From the NCBI GenBank assembly GCA_951406725.2, contig OX597833.1, forward strand, positions 46,686,001-46,750,000: a stretch of 64,000 nt of DNA, written 5' to 3'. The notes under the pieces were generated by a model. The model was given only the letters and a program-made list of their open reading frames with translations, was not told where the DNA came from and did not search any database. Position 1 is the stretch's first letter, and each line of letters starts with the position of its first letter. Positions 26,889-40,250 of this stretch are shown here, piece by piece. Made by a program: the position numbers and the translations under genes. The stretch is from Octopus vulgaris. Taxonomy: Eukaryota.

Positions 26889-27277
26889 ATATACATCAAA
26901 GTATGACAAACATCCTTGCTTCAGTGATTCATGAGAATAAGAGATGCATTTCAGAAGCATGCCAGGCTGTGGTGATTTTAAATTAAGGTTGTTTCAATCG
27001 TGTACATTGAGATTTTCTACAGCCTGGTAAGCTTTCACAACGCCTGTGATTGTTTTTGTTCATAGTTACCTAAATATTGAGGCATGAATTTCAGTTATGT
27101 AGGTGACAATGAAATTCAAGAAAGGTGAAAACATGTCAGTTGTGAGTCACTGGAACAATGACATTTGTCTTGCTCCAATATACACTGTGTTATTAAATAC
27201 AAGAGGTCTTTTAAGAGATTCTGTCTCAGATAACTTTACATTATACATTCTAACAATAGGTATATCTCTCTTTCTCT

Positions 27278-27660
27278 CTTTTACTTGTTTCAGTCATTTG
27301 ACTGCGGTCATGCTGGAGCACCGCCTTTAATCAAGCAACTCGACCCCGGGACTTATTCTTTGTAAGCCTAGTACTTATTCTATCAGTCTCTTTTTGCCGA
27401 ACCGCTAAGTGACGGAAACATAAACACACCAGCATCGGTTGTCAAGCAATGTTAGGGGGACAAACAGACACACATACATATATATATATACATATATACG
27501 ACGGGCTTCTTTCAGTTTCCGTCTACCAAATCCACTCACAAGGCATTGGTCGGCCCGAGGCTATAGTAGAAGACACTTGCCCAAGGTGCCACGCAGTGGG
27601 ACTGAACCCGGAACCATGTGGTTGGTAAACAAGCTATTTACCACACAGCCACTCCTGTGC
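27278..27660 (-). mobile_element. CORE-type SINE
   Basis: Full reverse copy. Confidence 0.85.
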
Positions 27661-27910
27661 TTATATATTTAGTATATATGTATATAGTGGTATATATTTA
27701 GTATGATGATAATGATGATGAATGATGATAGAAAGATGGTGATTTTAATTCAATGTTGTTTCAAATACAAACACAGAATGATAATTAATATATGAAAATA
27801 TTCATTATTACAGCAAGACTCTCAAAATTCTAGATATTTCTATTTTTTTACACTTGTTTCAGTCATTAGACTGTGGCCATGCTGGAGCACAGTCTTGAAG
27901 AATTTTAATC

Positions 27911-28496
27911 AAATGAATTGACCCCAGTCTTTTGTTGAACCACTAAGTTACAGGGACATAAACACACCAACATCAGTTATCAAACAGACATATATATACA
28001 ATGGGCTTCTTTCAGTTTCCATCTACCAAATCCACTCACAAGGTTTTGGTTGTCAAATGAATCGACTCCAGACTTTTGTTGAACAACTAAGTTACAGGGA
28101 CATAAACACACCAACATCAGTTATCAAACACATATATATACAATGGGCTTCTTTCAGTTTCCATCTACCAAATCCACTCACAAAGTTTTGGTTGTCAAAT
28201 GAATCGACCCCAGACTTTTGTTGAACAACTAAGTTACAGGGACATAAACACACCAACATCAGTTATCAAACACACATATATATATATATATACAATGGGC
28301 TTCTTTCAGTTTCCATCTACCAAATCCACTCACAAGGTTTTGGTTGTCAAATCAATCGACCCCAGACCTTTGTTGAACCACTATGTTACAGGGACATAAA
28401 CACACCAACATCAGTTATCAAACACACATATATATATATACAATGGGCTTCTTTCAGTATCCATCTACCAAATCCACTCACAAGGTTTTGGTTGTC
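27911..28496 (-). repeat. Four-copy ~145-bp tandem array inside a CORE SINE
   Basis: Unit CAAATGAATCGACCCCAGAC...CCACTCACAAGGTTTTGGTTGT is repeated four times between a SINE tail (about 27850) and head (about 28570). Confidence 0.9.
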
Positions 28497-29655
28497 TAAG
28501 GTGCTATGCAGTGGGACTGAACCCAGAAGCATGTGGTTAGGAAGCAAGCTTCTTACCACACAGCTACACCTGACACCTGTAAATAATTAAAACACATGGA
28601 TAATGATTTTTGCTTGACATATGGTGATGAAAGGGTTATTAAACTGCTTGTTGCAGAACGCATCCCCCCGCAACCCCCAAAACGTGTTATTATTTTATAT
28701 CATATTTAATGGATTCACGAAGAATTGTTGCCAAATTAAGATCTATAATCCATCAATTCACTGCTACCACGTGGTGAGAAATGAAATAAAGAAAATGGAA
28801 AAAACTGAAAAGAGAAAAGCGTGGAAAAGGTGGGGGAGCTTTTCTTAAATACCAAAACAAAAAAAAAAAATACATAAATAAGACATTAAAAAAATCCCAG
28901 CAAAAATGCATTAAGAATTCAGTGAAGATACAGACGTAAATATGGAATAACAATTGTCTTTCTATAATCCTCTCGGTTATTGACACCGCAGAAGACTAGA
29001 TTTAGCTGGTGACTGAAAATGTGTTGGTAGTAGTACATGCATGATCGTTGATAAGAATGGTGATGATGAGGGGAATGTGGTGGGAGTGGGGGCGGAGGTG
29101 GTGGTGGTAATCATTGTATGATGATGCTGATGATTTGGTTCTGTTACTACTTTAAACTGAGGAAAACATGGATTATATTTTTTTTAAGATGCAGCTCTGT
29201 AAGAGGCTTGCTTTACAAAGACATGGTTCTGGAATCGATGCATCAGCACAGCAACGGCACCCTGAGGAAACTGTCTTTGACAAGACTATCAGGTTTGACT
29301 AATACCTTGTCAGTAAAACTATGCAGAAGTTCATCTGTCTAATCTATCTATCTATCTATATACATATTAATAATAATAAAGGGTAAAATTAATTAATCAA
29401 CTAATAATTAAACGAAGGAGTTCAGTAAGTTAAAAGAACCATTATCGGTAACCTTATACAAAAATTCTATAACTATAAGCATAATTATAATTAGGGTTCA
29501 GCAAAAATTGCTTCATCACATACCGAAATTTAGAAATAGCAGTTAAATATTATTCAATAAGAATAGTATTTAACTGCTATTACAGAATTATAGAATTTTT
29601 GTATCTATATATTATAGAATTTTTGTATCTATATATATATTATAGAATTTTTTTG

Positions 29656-29687
<32 letters not shown>

Positions 29688-30121
29688 AATTTTTGTATAT
29701 ATATAGCATGGATGTGTGTTAAGAAGCTTGCTTCCCAACTACATGGTTCTAGGTTCAGTCCTACTGTCTGCCACCTTGGCTGAGAGTCTTCTACTATAGC
29801 CTTGGGCTGACCAAATCCTTGTAAATGGATTTGTCAGACGGAAACTGGAAGAAGCCCATCGTATATACATATGTGTATATATATATATATATATCTGTGT
29901 GGGTGTTTGTCCCCCCATCACCACTTGACAACCAGTGTTGGTATGTTTACATCCCTGTAACATAGTGGTTCAGCAAAAGCAACTGATAGAATAAGTACTA
30001 GGCTTAAAAATAAATCCTGGGGTCAATTTGTTCAACTGAAATCCCTCAAGGCATTTCTCCAGCATGGCCACAGTCAAATGACTGAAACATGTAAAAGAAT
30101 AAAATAATATATATATATATA

Positions 30122-30518
30122 TCTTTATATATAAAAGAGAGGTTGTGTGCTGTCTGTCTCCTACGATTTAGATTCCTAACTACTCCCACATTTTGCGGTG
30201 CAGTTTGACCAAAATCAGGTATCTTATAGTCGTGATTCATATCGAGCCCTTCTGGGTATTAGCACGCGTCTATGATGAGTCTACGATTTTAAAAAAAATT
30301 TACCATCAATTTTGTCATTTTTAATGCATTTTTGGCATATATAAGGGAAGTAACTCTCTAAAACTTTATTATTAAATCTCAGAACGTAAAAAGCTACAGT
30401 AACACCCCCCCCTTTGTGGTTAGCCATATTGAGATGGCTATTATACTTTACATCTCTAAAAGTGCTTTATATAGTTATTTCCCTTACAAACCCGAGCAAC
30501 GCCGGGCGATAATGCTAG
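30122..30518 (+). mobile_element. Non-autonomous Helitron
   Basis: A|TC 5' end, subterminal hairpin CCCGAGCAACGCCGGG, 3' CTAG|T and no TSD. A second copy lies at 59905-60207. Confidence 0.8.
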
Positions 30519-31019
30519 TATATATATATAATATATATTTACATCAACATAATACATAAATATTGCTTCATATTGACGTTATAACCCTCTATAAAACATA
30601 CCTTCAGAATTCTTCTAAACTTTTATATCCATAATTAGGGTTTTCCACTACTGCCGATGTATTTTATAACTTTTAATACTTATTTCAACGTCTTTTAACC
30701 TTAAATTTAAATTTAATATGATTTTTAATCAATATACCAACCTTTATTTATTTACCCTTTTCATGTACATTTTTACCTCATATAACTCTTATTTCTTTCT
30801 AAATAATATATAAATATGTTCCTTGTCTTGTTGTAATTTTAAGTTATAGCTATGTATGTATTTATGTATTTATTATGTTGATGTAAATCATAAACATAAA
30901 ATGATTATCTAAAAATCTTCGTCTCTTCTAGTTATATAAAGTCTAATGTCTTAGATTTGATCAGAGCACTTCCAATCAATCAAGTAAAAGACCTATCTTT
31001 TTTGAAAGAGAAAACAATA

Positions 31020-31110
<91 letters not shown>

Positions 31111-32160
31111 TTTGCCAAAACCATGGTTCGCTTTGTTTTCTTACTTTATTATCATCCTATAATTATTTCATAACAATGACTTTTATGACTACCTCAGTCA
31201 ATCTAAATGTATATACTTGTCGTTACCTGTCATAAAAAGCCTTTTTTTTATTTGCAATGTGCATTTTTGTTTATTTTTCATATTTTACCCTTACATTTCC
31301 ACGTGTATTTTATATTTTCTTTTTGTAACATATTTCTACTATATATAAATATATATATATATGTATAGATAGATAGATACATACATACATAGACACATAT
31401 ACAAACACACACACAAACACATGCATACACACACACACACGTGTGTATGCATATTTATATGAGCATATATATACACTTATGTGTGTGTGTATCTGCATGT
31501 ATATATATATATGTATATAAATATATGTATATATTTATATATTGCAGTGTACTGTATTATATATCCATTATAGCCTATCTAATCAATCAGTCTCACACTT
31601 GGGGTCAACGGAGTGTTGGACAGTAGAACCAATTATGTAACCCTGTGCTTTCTTCTGAGATGGCAGTTATGTAATGAAATACACACACAAATATATATAT
31701 ATATATACATATATATCTGTGTGTGTGTGTGCGTGTATATGTGTGTAGGAGGTGTAACTGCCAGATAAGTGGTTTTATCAGAGTCGGTGTGTTTCAAACT
31801 AAAACAATTTCAGCATGGAAGACACACATTAGCCTTTCAAAAACGCACATCAAACGTTAACTTAAACATTTATTATCAGGGTGTCTAAAGATTTGTTGCA
31901 CCAACTGTGACCTGATCGCTGATGTGATTTCACAAACATACACATATATATTGACACACATACACAAATATATATATATATATACATATATATATACACA
32001 CATACATATAAATATATATATATATTTCAAAGATAATAAAGTAAATCTCGAATGTAGAATAGTTGTGAAAGCAGTTTCAAAGATAGACTAAATACCCTTA
32101 GAAGATGAAAATAAGTGTACAAGTTGACTCGTGCACACACACACACATATATCTACATAC

Positions 32161-32194
<34 letters not shown>

Positions 32195-32374
32195 TGAAGT
32201 AGATAAATGAATTATCTTATTACGGATAATTTAGTACGGTATTATCCATACAATTTCAAAATAAAGTGATTAAAGTCAAAATAAGCAACAAGGATATCCA
32301 GAGGTAATGCAGTACAATCGTTTCATGCAACTCCATTTAATTGAACAATGCAATCATGAAATGAAATGTGTGGA

Positions 32375-32700
32375 AGGAGCACTCCATCGGTTACGATGAC
32401 GAGGGTCCCAGCTTGTACGATCAACGGAACAGCTTGCTCATGAAATTAACGTGCAAGTGACTGAGCAATCCACAGACACGTGTACCCTTAATGTAGTTCT
32501 CAGGGAGATTCAGCGTGACACAGAGTGTGACAAGGCCGGCCCTTTGAAATACAGGTACTACTCATTTTTCCCAGCTGAGTGGACTGGAGCAACGTGAAAT
32601 AAAGTATCTTGCTCAAGGTTACAACGTGATGCCAGGAATAGAACTCACGACCTTACAATCATCAGCCGAATGCCCTAACCACAAAGCCACGTGCCTTCAC
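32375..32700 (-). mobile_element. Second CORE-type SINE family copy
   Basis: Reverse complement of the 23388-23688 family. Confidence 0.75.
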
Positions 32701-33313
32701 TTCCAATGTGTAGGGAACCGAGGACTACATCAGAAATGTATCCTTTTCCAAGGCAGTAGTGTGTGAAATGAAGGAAGTTTGGTTGCTATTTCTAGATGGT
32801 CAAGTAACAATCTACAAGCTCCCAAGTTGATCCAATGATGATGGTAGATGGTGGTGGTGGTGATGGCAGTGGTAGAGTGGTGGAGTTAGTGGTATGGAGG
32901 AGGTAGATTAGTGATGGTGGCGGTGGCGGTGGTGGTGGTGGTGGTATGCATTAGATTGAATAATAAGCGGGATGACTGCTGCAGTATAGCAGACATGATG
33001 ATGAGAATATTGATGATGACAGTTTTAACAAACATGATGGTGATGGTGGTGGTAAAGTCGTCATCATCATCATCATTCTTGTTTCTATCTTTTTCTTAGA
33101 CCGTCTTTGATTTTTTTTTTTTTCTTTTTTGATTTCAAAACTGTTGCCCGAGCAGTGGAGAGATGCGCTGCCGCCAGTCGTAACAAATAATTGGCAAGTG
33201 AATTAGTTGGTTGGTTTGGCGTATTTCTTCAACCAGTATCTGGAGTTTGCCAGCTTTTTTGTCGCCTCATTTAGCTTGCAATGAAGATCTGAGTACTTTC
33301 AAAGTTCATAGCA

Positions 33314-33520
33314 CATCACCACCACCACCATCATTGCTGCCACCACCACCACCACCACCACCATTACTGCCACCACCACCACCACCACCATCACCATCAT
33401 CACCACCACCACCACCACTATCATCACCACCACCACAACCATCATCATCACCACCACCATCACCACCACCATCACCATCATCACCACCACCACAACCATC
33501 ATCATCAACATTATCATCAT
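33314..33520. repeat. (CAC/CAT)n microsatellite
   Basis: Mixed ACC/ATC triplets that produce the poly-P and poly-V ORFs. Confidence 0.9.
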
Positions 33521-33627
33521 TAAATCTGGCAACAATTCCCCATCCATTAATTATAATATGAAACAGTCACATATGGTTCTAGATGTTGCCAGTAACTCAA
33601 AAAACATAAAGAATAAAATATAACAGA

Positions 33628-33674
<47 letters not shown>

Positions 33675-33872
33675 AAATAGTAATATTCAACAAAAATAAG
33701 TTCTGATAATTTATTATTTCTATTATCATTATCATTTCTCAAGGCAACGAGTGTGCAGAATCATTAGCACACTGGACCAGATGCTTCCTTGTATTTCATC
33801 CATTCTTATATATGGAGTTCAAATTCTGCAGAGGTAACCTTTACCTTTCATCCTTCCAGACTCAATAAAATA

Positions 33873-34384
33873 CTGTAAATCCTTGAGTATAATCCACGTT
33901 TTATTTCCCACAATTTAAAGGTCAAAATACCTAGTGCGTACTATATACAAGGTTAAAAATGAAAAATATTTTCTAAGCAATGTCCGAGTCTCTATTTATG
34001 TCCGGCAATTTTTATTCAGACGCATTTTGTGATGTCGGGCACGAAAATACCTTAAGCTAAGCCTGAAAGCAATGAAGTCATAAAAGGATCATCCATAACT
34101 TGCAGTAAGCAACATTTATTAAATGTTATTACTGTTATTTCTTTATTTTCTGCAAACAAAATGCACAAAAAAGCTACACGTTTGCATTATGTTATATACA
34201 CAATAATAATAAAGGATGTTACGGTATATATTTTTACAAACCAATGACATTATATAGACCTCCTTGACTCAAGTTAGAGAAGGGGTGCATATTATACACA
34301 AGGTTTAGGTTTTTCAGAGGTTCAGCCCCCTAAAAATCCCCTGCGTATTATACTCAAGGGCGGACTATACTTCTGGATTTACGG
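33873..34384. mobile_element. Tc1/mariner-superfamily (pogo/Tc2-like) MITE
   Basis: TA|CTGTAAATCCTTGAGTATAATCC and GGACTATACTTCTGGATTTACGG|TA form imperfect TIRs with TA flanks. Inserted in a Nin-type SINE. Confidence 0.7.
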
Positions 34385-36059
34385 TATACATTTAATCCTT
34401 TAGCACTCAGATTAGTCTATCAAGATGCAATGATTATTTATTCCTGTTGTTTTGAATTGTTCATACATTATTTCATAACTTTCAAGATTTCAATGATGTG
34501 GATTGTTTAGTTTTAGTCTGACATTGTAGAGTAAGGTCAGAGAGGTCAGACCTGGCTGGTTTGAGGATAAAACGGAGAGAATATTTTGGCCAGATATAAC
34601 TGGTTTAAAAGGCTAAAAGAGTCAACATAGTTCTGAGGGAGATTCAGTGACAACGCCAGCCCTGTGAAATACAGGCACAACACATTTTTACCAGCTGAGT
34701 GGACTGGAATGATATTATACTCAAGGGCAGACTATACTCAAGTACCAGTCGAGCAGTAGGGTTTATGTAATAAAGTAATCCGCTCTCTCCTGAAACTTAA
34801 AGCCTTGTGCCTAGAGTAGAAAGAATTATTGTTATTATTACTATTACTTTCAAATGGCTGCAAGCTGACAGAATTGTTAGCATGTTGGACAAATTGCTTA
34901 GCCATATTTTTTTCTGGCTTTACATTCTAAGTTTAAATATCATCAACGTTGATTTGCCTTTCATCTTTTCAGAGTTAATAAAATAAAATACTGGGGGGGG
35001 GGGTCGACCCCCCCCCCCCCCACGGCATTGTGCCCAAAACAGAAAGAATAATTACAACTACAACTACAACTACTGGATTGGTGGAATTGTAATTTATTTT
35101 AAGTGTTACACAAGGGTAAAACGGCTAAGAAACACTGGTCTATATGTTCTCAGTTCGAATGCCACTACTAACTTTGCCAGTGCTAATTCTTCTGCCTTTC
35201 ATCTTTTTAAGGATCGATAAAGTAAGTACCAGTCAAGCACCGAGATTGTTACAATCTATTTATCCCCTCCCCACAAATCTGCTGACCTTGTACTGAAGTT
35301 GAAGTATTGACTTTCCCCACTCACCTGAACTTGCGGGCATCATGCCAAAAGATGAAATCAATTAAAAGAGCACGCTGGCAGAACCATTAGCAAGCTGGGT
35401 GAAATGCTTAGTGACAGTTCATGCCTTTACCTTCTGAGTTCAAATTCCACCAAGGTTAACTTTGCAACATCTACCAGATGTTATAACTACTAGCATGCAA
35501 TAACATCACTCAAACATAGAGAATCCTCAGAGTTTATCTAATCTTTCAATTATTATTATTATTATTTTTTTGTAAGACTGTAGTCGTATATATGTATATA
35601 TATATATGTGTGTGTGTGTTTGTGAGTCTGTGTTTGTGCCCCCCACCAACATCGCTTGACAACCGATGCTGGTGAGTTTACGTCCCCGTAACTTAGCGGT
35701 TTGGCAAAAGAGACCGATAGAATAAGTACTAGGCTTACAAAGAATAAGTCCTGGGATCGATTTGCTTGACTAAAGGCGGTGCTCCAGCATGGCCACAGCC
35801 ACACGACTGAAACAAGTAAAAGAGCAAATTCTTAATAGATAATTATAAAAAATATTTATAGAATATTTGAAACATTGATTGGATATGAGGGTCCAGTAGA
35901 ATAAAATTGGAATCAAAGGGGGTCCATAGAAAAGAATGGTTGAGAACCTTAGCTCTAGAGTACAAATGCTAAGACTAAAGATTGAAATGTTGATTGAATG
36001 ATTTGTTCAATCAACTGCTTCTAACTGGAGTCTCTGAGTCACAATTACCACAGATTTTA

Positions 36060-36705
36060 TTATCATCATAATCACCATCATTTGCATCATTATTATTATC
36101 GTTATTTGCATCATTATTATTATCGTTATCACCATCATTTGCATCATTATTATTATCATAATCTCAATCATTTGCATCATTATTATTATCGTTATCACCA
36201 TCATTTGCATCATTATTATTATCATTATCACCACATGCATCATTATTATCATCATTATCACCATCATTTGCATCATTATTATCATCATTATCACCATCAT
36301 TTGCATCATTATTATCATCATTATCACCATCATTTGCATCATTATTATTATCATAATCTCAATCATTTGCATCATTATTATTATCGTTATCACCATCATT
36401 TGCATCATTATTATTATCATTATCACCACATGCATCATTATTATCATCATTATCACCATCATTTGCATCATTATTATCATCATTATCACCATCATTTGCA
36501 TCATTATTATTATCATTATCACCATCATTTGCATCATTATTATCATCATTATCACCACATGCATCATTATTATCATCATTATCACCATCATTTGCTTCAT
36601 TATTATCGTTATCACCATCATTTGCATCATTATCACCATCATTTGCATCATTATTATCATCATTATCACCATCATTTGCATCATTATTATCATCATAATC
36701 ACCAT
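36060..36705. repeat. ~24-30-bp triplet-based minisatellite
   Basis: More than 20 copies of ATCACCATCATTTGCATCATTATTATC(ATT) variants. Confidence 0.95.
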
Positions 36706-36965
36706 CCTTTTCCACGTTAACATGAGTGTGGGATGGAATTTGTTGAGGCAGATTTTCTATGGCCAGATGCAATTCCTGTCACCAACCTTCCAAGCAAGGT
36801 AATATTTCCTATTGCCAAATAATATTTCCACGTGACCAGAGATGTTTTTTTGCAGAATATTGAAAATCAAAGAAAAAAAGAAAAAAAAAAAGAAAAGAAA
36901 CCAACCAAAGGTTCTGTTACAAAAAGGAAAGTTCTGTAAGTCTATCATAAAAGCAAAGCACATAC

Positions 36966-37036
36966 CTGATGGAGTGCAGTTAATCCATCTTCGTTAGTCA
37001 AATCAGGGTTGACATTATTCATTAGCAGCTCTTGAA
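36966..37036 (-). CDS. PPP1R16A: Internal coding exon of protein phosphatase 1 regulatory subunit 16A/16B homolog (MYPT3/TIMAP, ankyrin repeat)
   Basis: Minus strand reads ttacttctttcag|TTCAAGAG...CTCCATCAG|gtatgt (canonical acceptor and donor). The 71 nt translate as (V)QELLMNNVNPDLTNEDGLTALHQ, matching from memory the V-x-PDL-x-NEDGLTALHQ motif of PPP1R16A/B. MYPT1 has ADINYANVDGLTALHQ instead. A versus B orthology cannot be resolved. Confidence 0.9.
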
Positions 37037-38535
37037 CTGAAAGAAGTAAAACATAATGTTTTTAGTTTGTTTTTCTTTTATTTATTTATTTATTTAAATA
37101 TCTATTTATATTCAAAGATTTGAAGTGATGAAAAATTTAAATGATTTCCTTTTGACAAAGCAATTTCTAGAAAAAATAAATCCTTAGAGATACCATCTGC
37201 ATAAAAAAAAAATTTTTTTTAAAGATAGAGTTTACATATTTAATGTAGAGTGAACAGCAAAAAGATAATAAAAATTAAGAATTCAGTTAAGAAAGACTAC
37301 GTTAGCTTAATGAATAAGATTACTTAAATGACTTCGGCAAAGGCATGGCTGTGTGGTAAGATGCTTGCATCCCAACCACATGATTCCGGGTTCAGTCCCC
37401 ACTGCATGGCACCTTGTCAGTGGATTTGGAAGATGGAAACTGAAAGCAGCCTGTCATATATATAAATGTGTGTGTGTGTGCGTGTGTGTGTTTATGTCCC
37501 CCACCCCACCATTGCTTGACAACTGGTGTTGGTGTGTTTACATCCCCATAACTTAGCGGTTCGGCATAGACTAAGTACTACACTTAAAAAAATGCCATGG
37601 GGTTAAATTGTCCGGCAAAAGCACTTCACACTTCTATGTGGTGCTCCAGCAGGGCTACAGTCAAATGACAAACAAATAAAAGAATAAATACGGGTGAGTA
37701 CTCAGGACATGTTTCAGTTTTATTAAACCTCCTTAGTGAACTTAAGGCTTCGCTGTGCTTGCTGAAGGACTGCTAAGTAGATCCATATGTGTGTGTGTGT
37801 GTGTTTTTGTTTCTCACCCCCACCCCACCATTGCTTGACAACCGGCGTTGGTGTATTTACGTTCCCGTAACTTAGCGTTCCAGCATAGAGACCGATAGAA
37901 TAAGTACTAGGCTTTAAAAAAAATAAGTCCTGGGGTCAAATTGTTCAACAAAAACACTTCAATATGGTGCTCCAGCAGGGTTACAGTCAAATGACAAACA
38001 ATTAAAAGAATAAATACAGGAGTGTACCCAGGACATGTTTCAGTCTTATTAAACCTCCTTAGTGAACTTAAGGCTTCACTGTGCTTGCTGAAGAACTGCT
38101 ATGAGTAGGTGTGTTCAGCTCATAATCATAATATTGTATATGTGGAAAACTAGCATATTTTAAAAACCGAAATCACTCGGTGGTGGGAACGAAAGGATTG
38201 TGGAGAAATAGAAAAATAGGAGTACAAGGTTTTAACCAGCAGTAATGAACTAACTATTTAGCTGTAAAGCAAACATCTAAAGCATGGAGCAAGGAGTGTG
38301 ACAACAGGAAAAGTAAGCTTCTTAGTTTTCAATTCAAATTATATTCCTATTCAATCTGACTTTAAGAAGAATCACTTTCAAAGGCAGAGACATAAAAACA
38401 AAGATAAAGGTTTTATTAATTTTGTTTTAAACGAGACGACGTGTCAACCAAAAACAACAAAAAAAGAGTAATAAAGTATTTTTAAGCTCTCTTGTTTTGC
38501 TATTTTTTCTTTTAAATAAATAACAGATTTTTTTC

Positions 38536-38569
<34 letters not shown>

Positions 38570-38889
38570 GTTATTATCATTATTTTATTCTTCAGTGTTG
38601 GTAGGAGGAATGATATTATATTACAGGAAAGCAAAGTCATTAACACTCCTGTTGGCATCAATTGGGGCATCATCTGTCATATTGATTGTGAAAAACTACC
38701 TTTTAACTAGAATTTATATAAAAAAAAAAAAAATCAGTTTAAATTGGACACTTCCTGCTTCCCCTTTAAAACTGTTAAACTTAATGGAATGACAAAAAAC
38801 AAAAAGCCTTGTGAAATATGATTGATTCAGAGACACAGACAATTCTTCAAATATTCTAAAAATATGTATTCAAATAAATGAAAAACTTA

Positions 38890-38934
<45 letters not shown>

Positions 38935-38935
<1 letters not shown>

Positions 38936-39410
38936 GTCTTGGTATAAAAGATGGGCTACAGTAAATATTCTGCTCAATACCACAGGTTTGCTTGTCAGTT
39001 GTTTGACAGTAACCAGTTGAGCATGTCCCTTAGTGACTGACGATATGTGCATCTCTGATCACAAGTAGAAGTAGTTGGGGAGCATCATAGCCGTGTGTTG
39101 AAAGGAATTCTTTGAGGTTTGAATGATTCACCTCTGGAAACATGGGTGTTTCATTCAACATCCTTAAACAACCCTTAATCAGGGACCTTTTGAGTGGGAT
39201 GGGTTACCCAACCAGAAGAAAATTCTAACTGGGCCCCACCCACAAGGTCATGCGCTGTTTATCTTGTTATGAGATCACCATGTCGCGCACATATGGTTGT
39301 GATGCATGTGCCTGGTGTACCCTTATCAGACGGGTAGTCATGATGGGTATACTGGGCTTCGTATATTTTACCCCAGTGTCACTTTGATGGCATGCACTGC
39401 TCTCTCACTC

Positions 39411-39443
<33 letters not shown>
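38935..39443 (+). mobile_element. Second copy of the (AAT)n-flanked element
   Basis: 5'-shorter copy of 13021-13590 with (AAT)n on both sides. Confidence 0.6.
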
Positions 39444-39444
39444 C

Positions 39445-40250
39445 TTTTTTACTAAAGGTACAAGGCCTGAAATTTTTGGAGAAGAGCTAGTTAGTTATAT
39501 CAAACCCAGTATTTAACTGGTACTTATTTTATACACCCCAAAAGAATAAAAGGCAATGTCGACCTTGGTGGAATTTGAACTCAGAATGTGAAGACAGACA
39601 AAAAGCAGCTAAGCATTTTGTCTGGTGTGCTAATGATTCTGCCAACTTAGTAATAACAATAATAATAATCCTTTCTAATGAAGGCACAAGGCCTGAAATT
39701 TTGGGGGAAGGGGGACTAGTCAATTCATCAACCCCAGTGTTTCACTGGTACTTGATTTATTAACCCTGAAAGAATGAAAGGCAAAGCCAAGCTCAGCGGA
39801 ATTTCAACTCAGAACGTAAAGACAGACGAAATACCTCTTTCTTTACTACCCTCAAGGGGCTAAACAGAGAGGAGACAAAGAAGGACAGACAAATGGATTA
39901 AGTCGATTACATTGACCCCAGTGCATAACTGGTACTTATTTAATCGACCCGAAAGGATGAAAGGCAAAGTCGACCTCGGTGGAATTTGAACTCAAAATGT
40001 ACCGGCAGACGAAATACCTATTTCTTTATTACCCTCAAGGGGCTAAACAGAGAGGGGACAAAGAAAGACAGACAAACGGATTAAGTCGATTACATCGACC
40101 CCAGTGCATAACTGGTACTTATTTAATCGACCCCGAAAGGATGAAAGGCAAAGTCGACCTCGGCGGAATTTGAACTCAGAACGTACCGGCAGACAAAATA
40201 CCACTAAGCATTTCACCCTGCATGCTAATAATTCTGCCAGTCTGCTGCCT
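39445..40250 (-). mobile_element. Cluster of Nin-domain-type SINEs including a fixed-junction multimer
   Basis: Four Nin-type bodies, with junctions GAAATACC|T(A/C)TTTCTTT at about 39835 and 40018. Confidence 0.8.
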
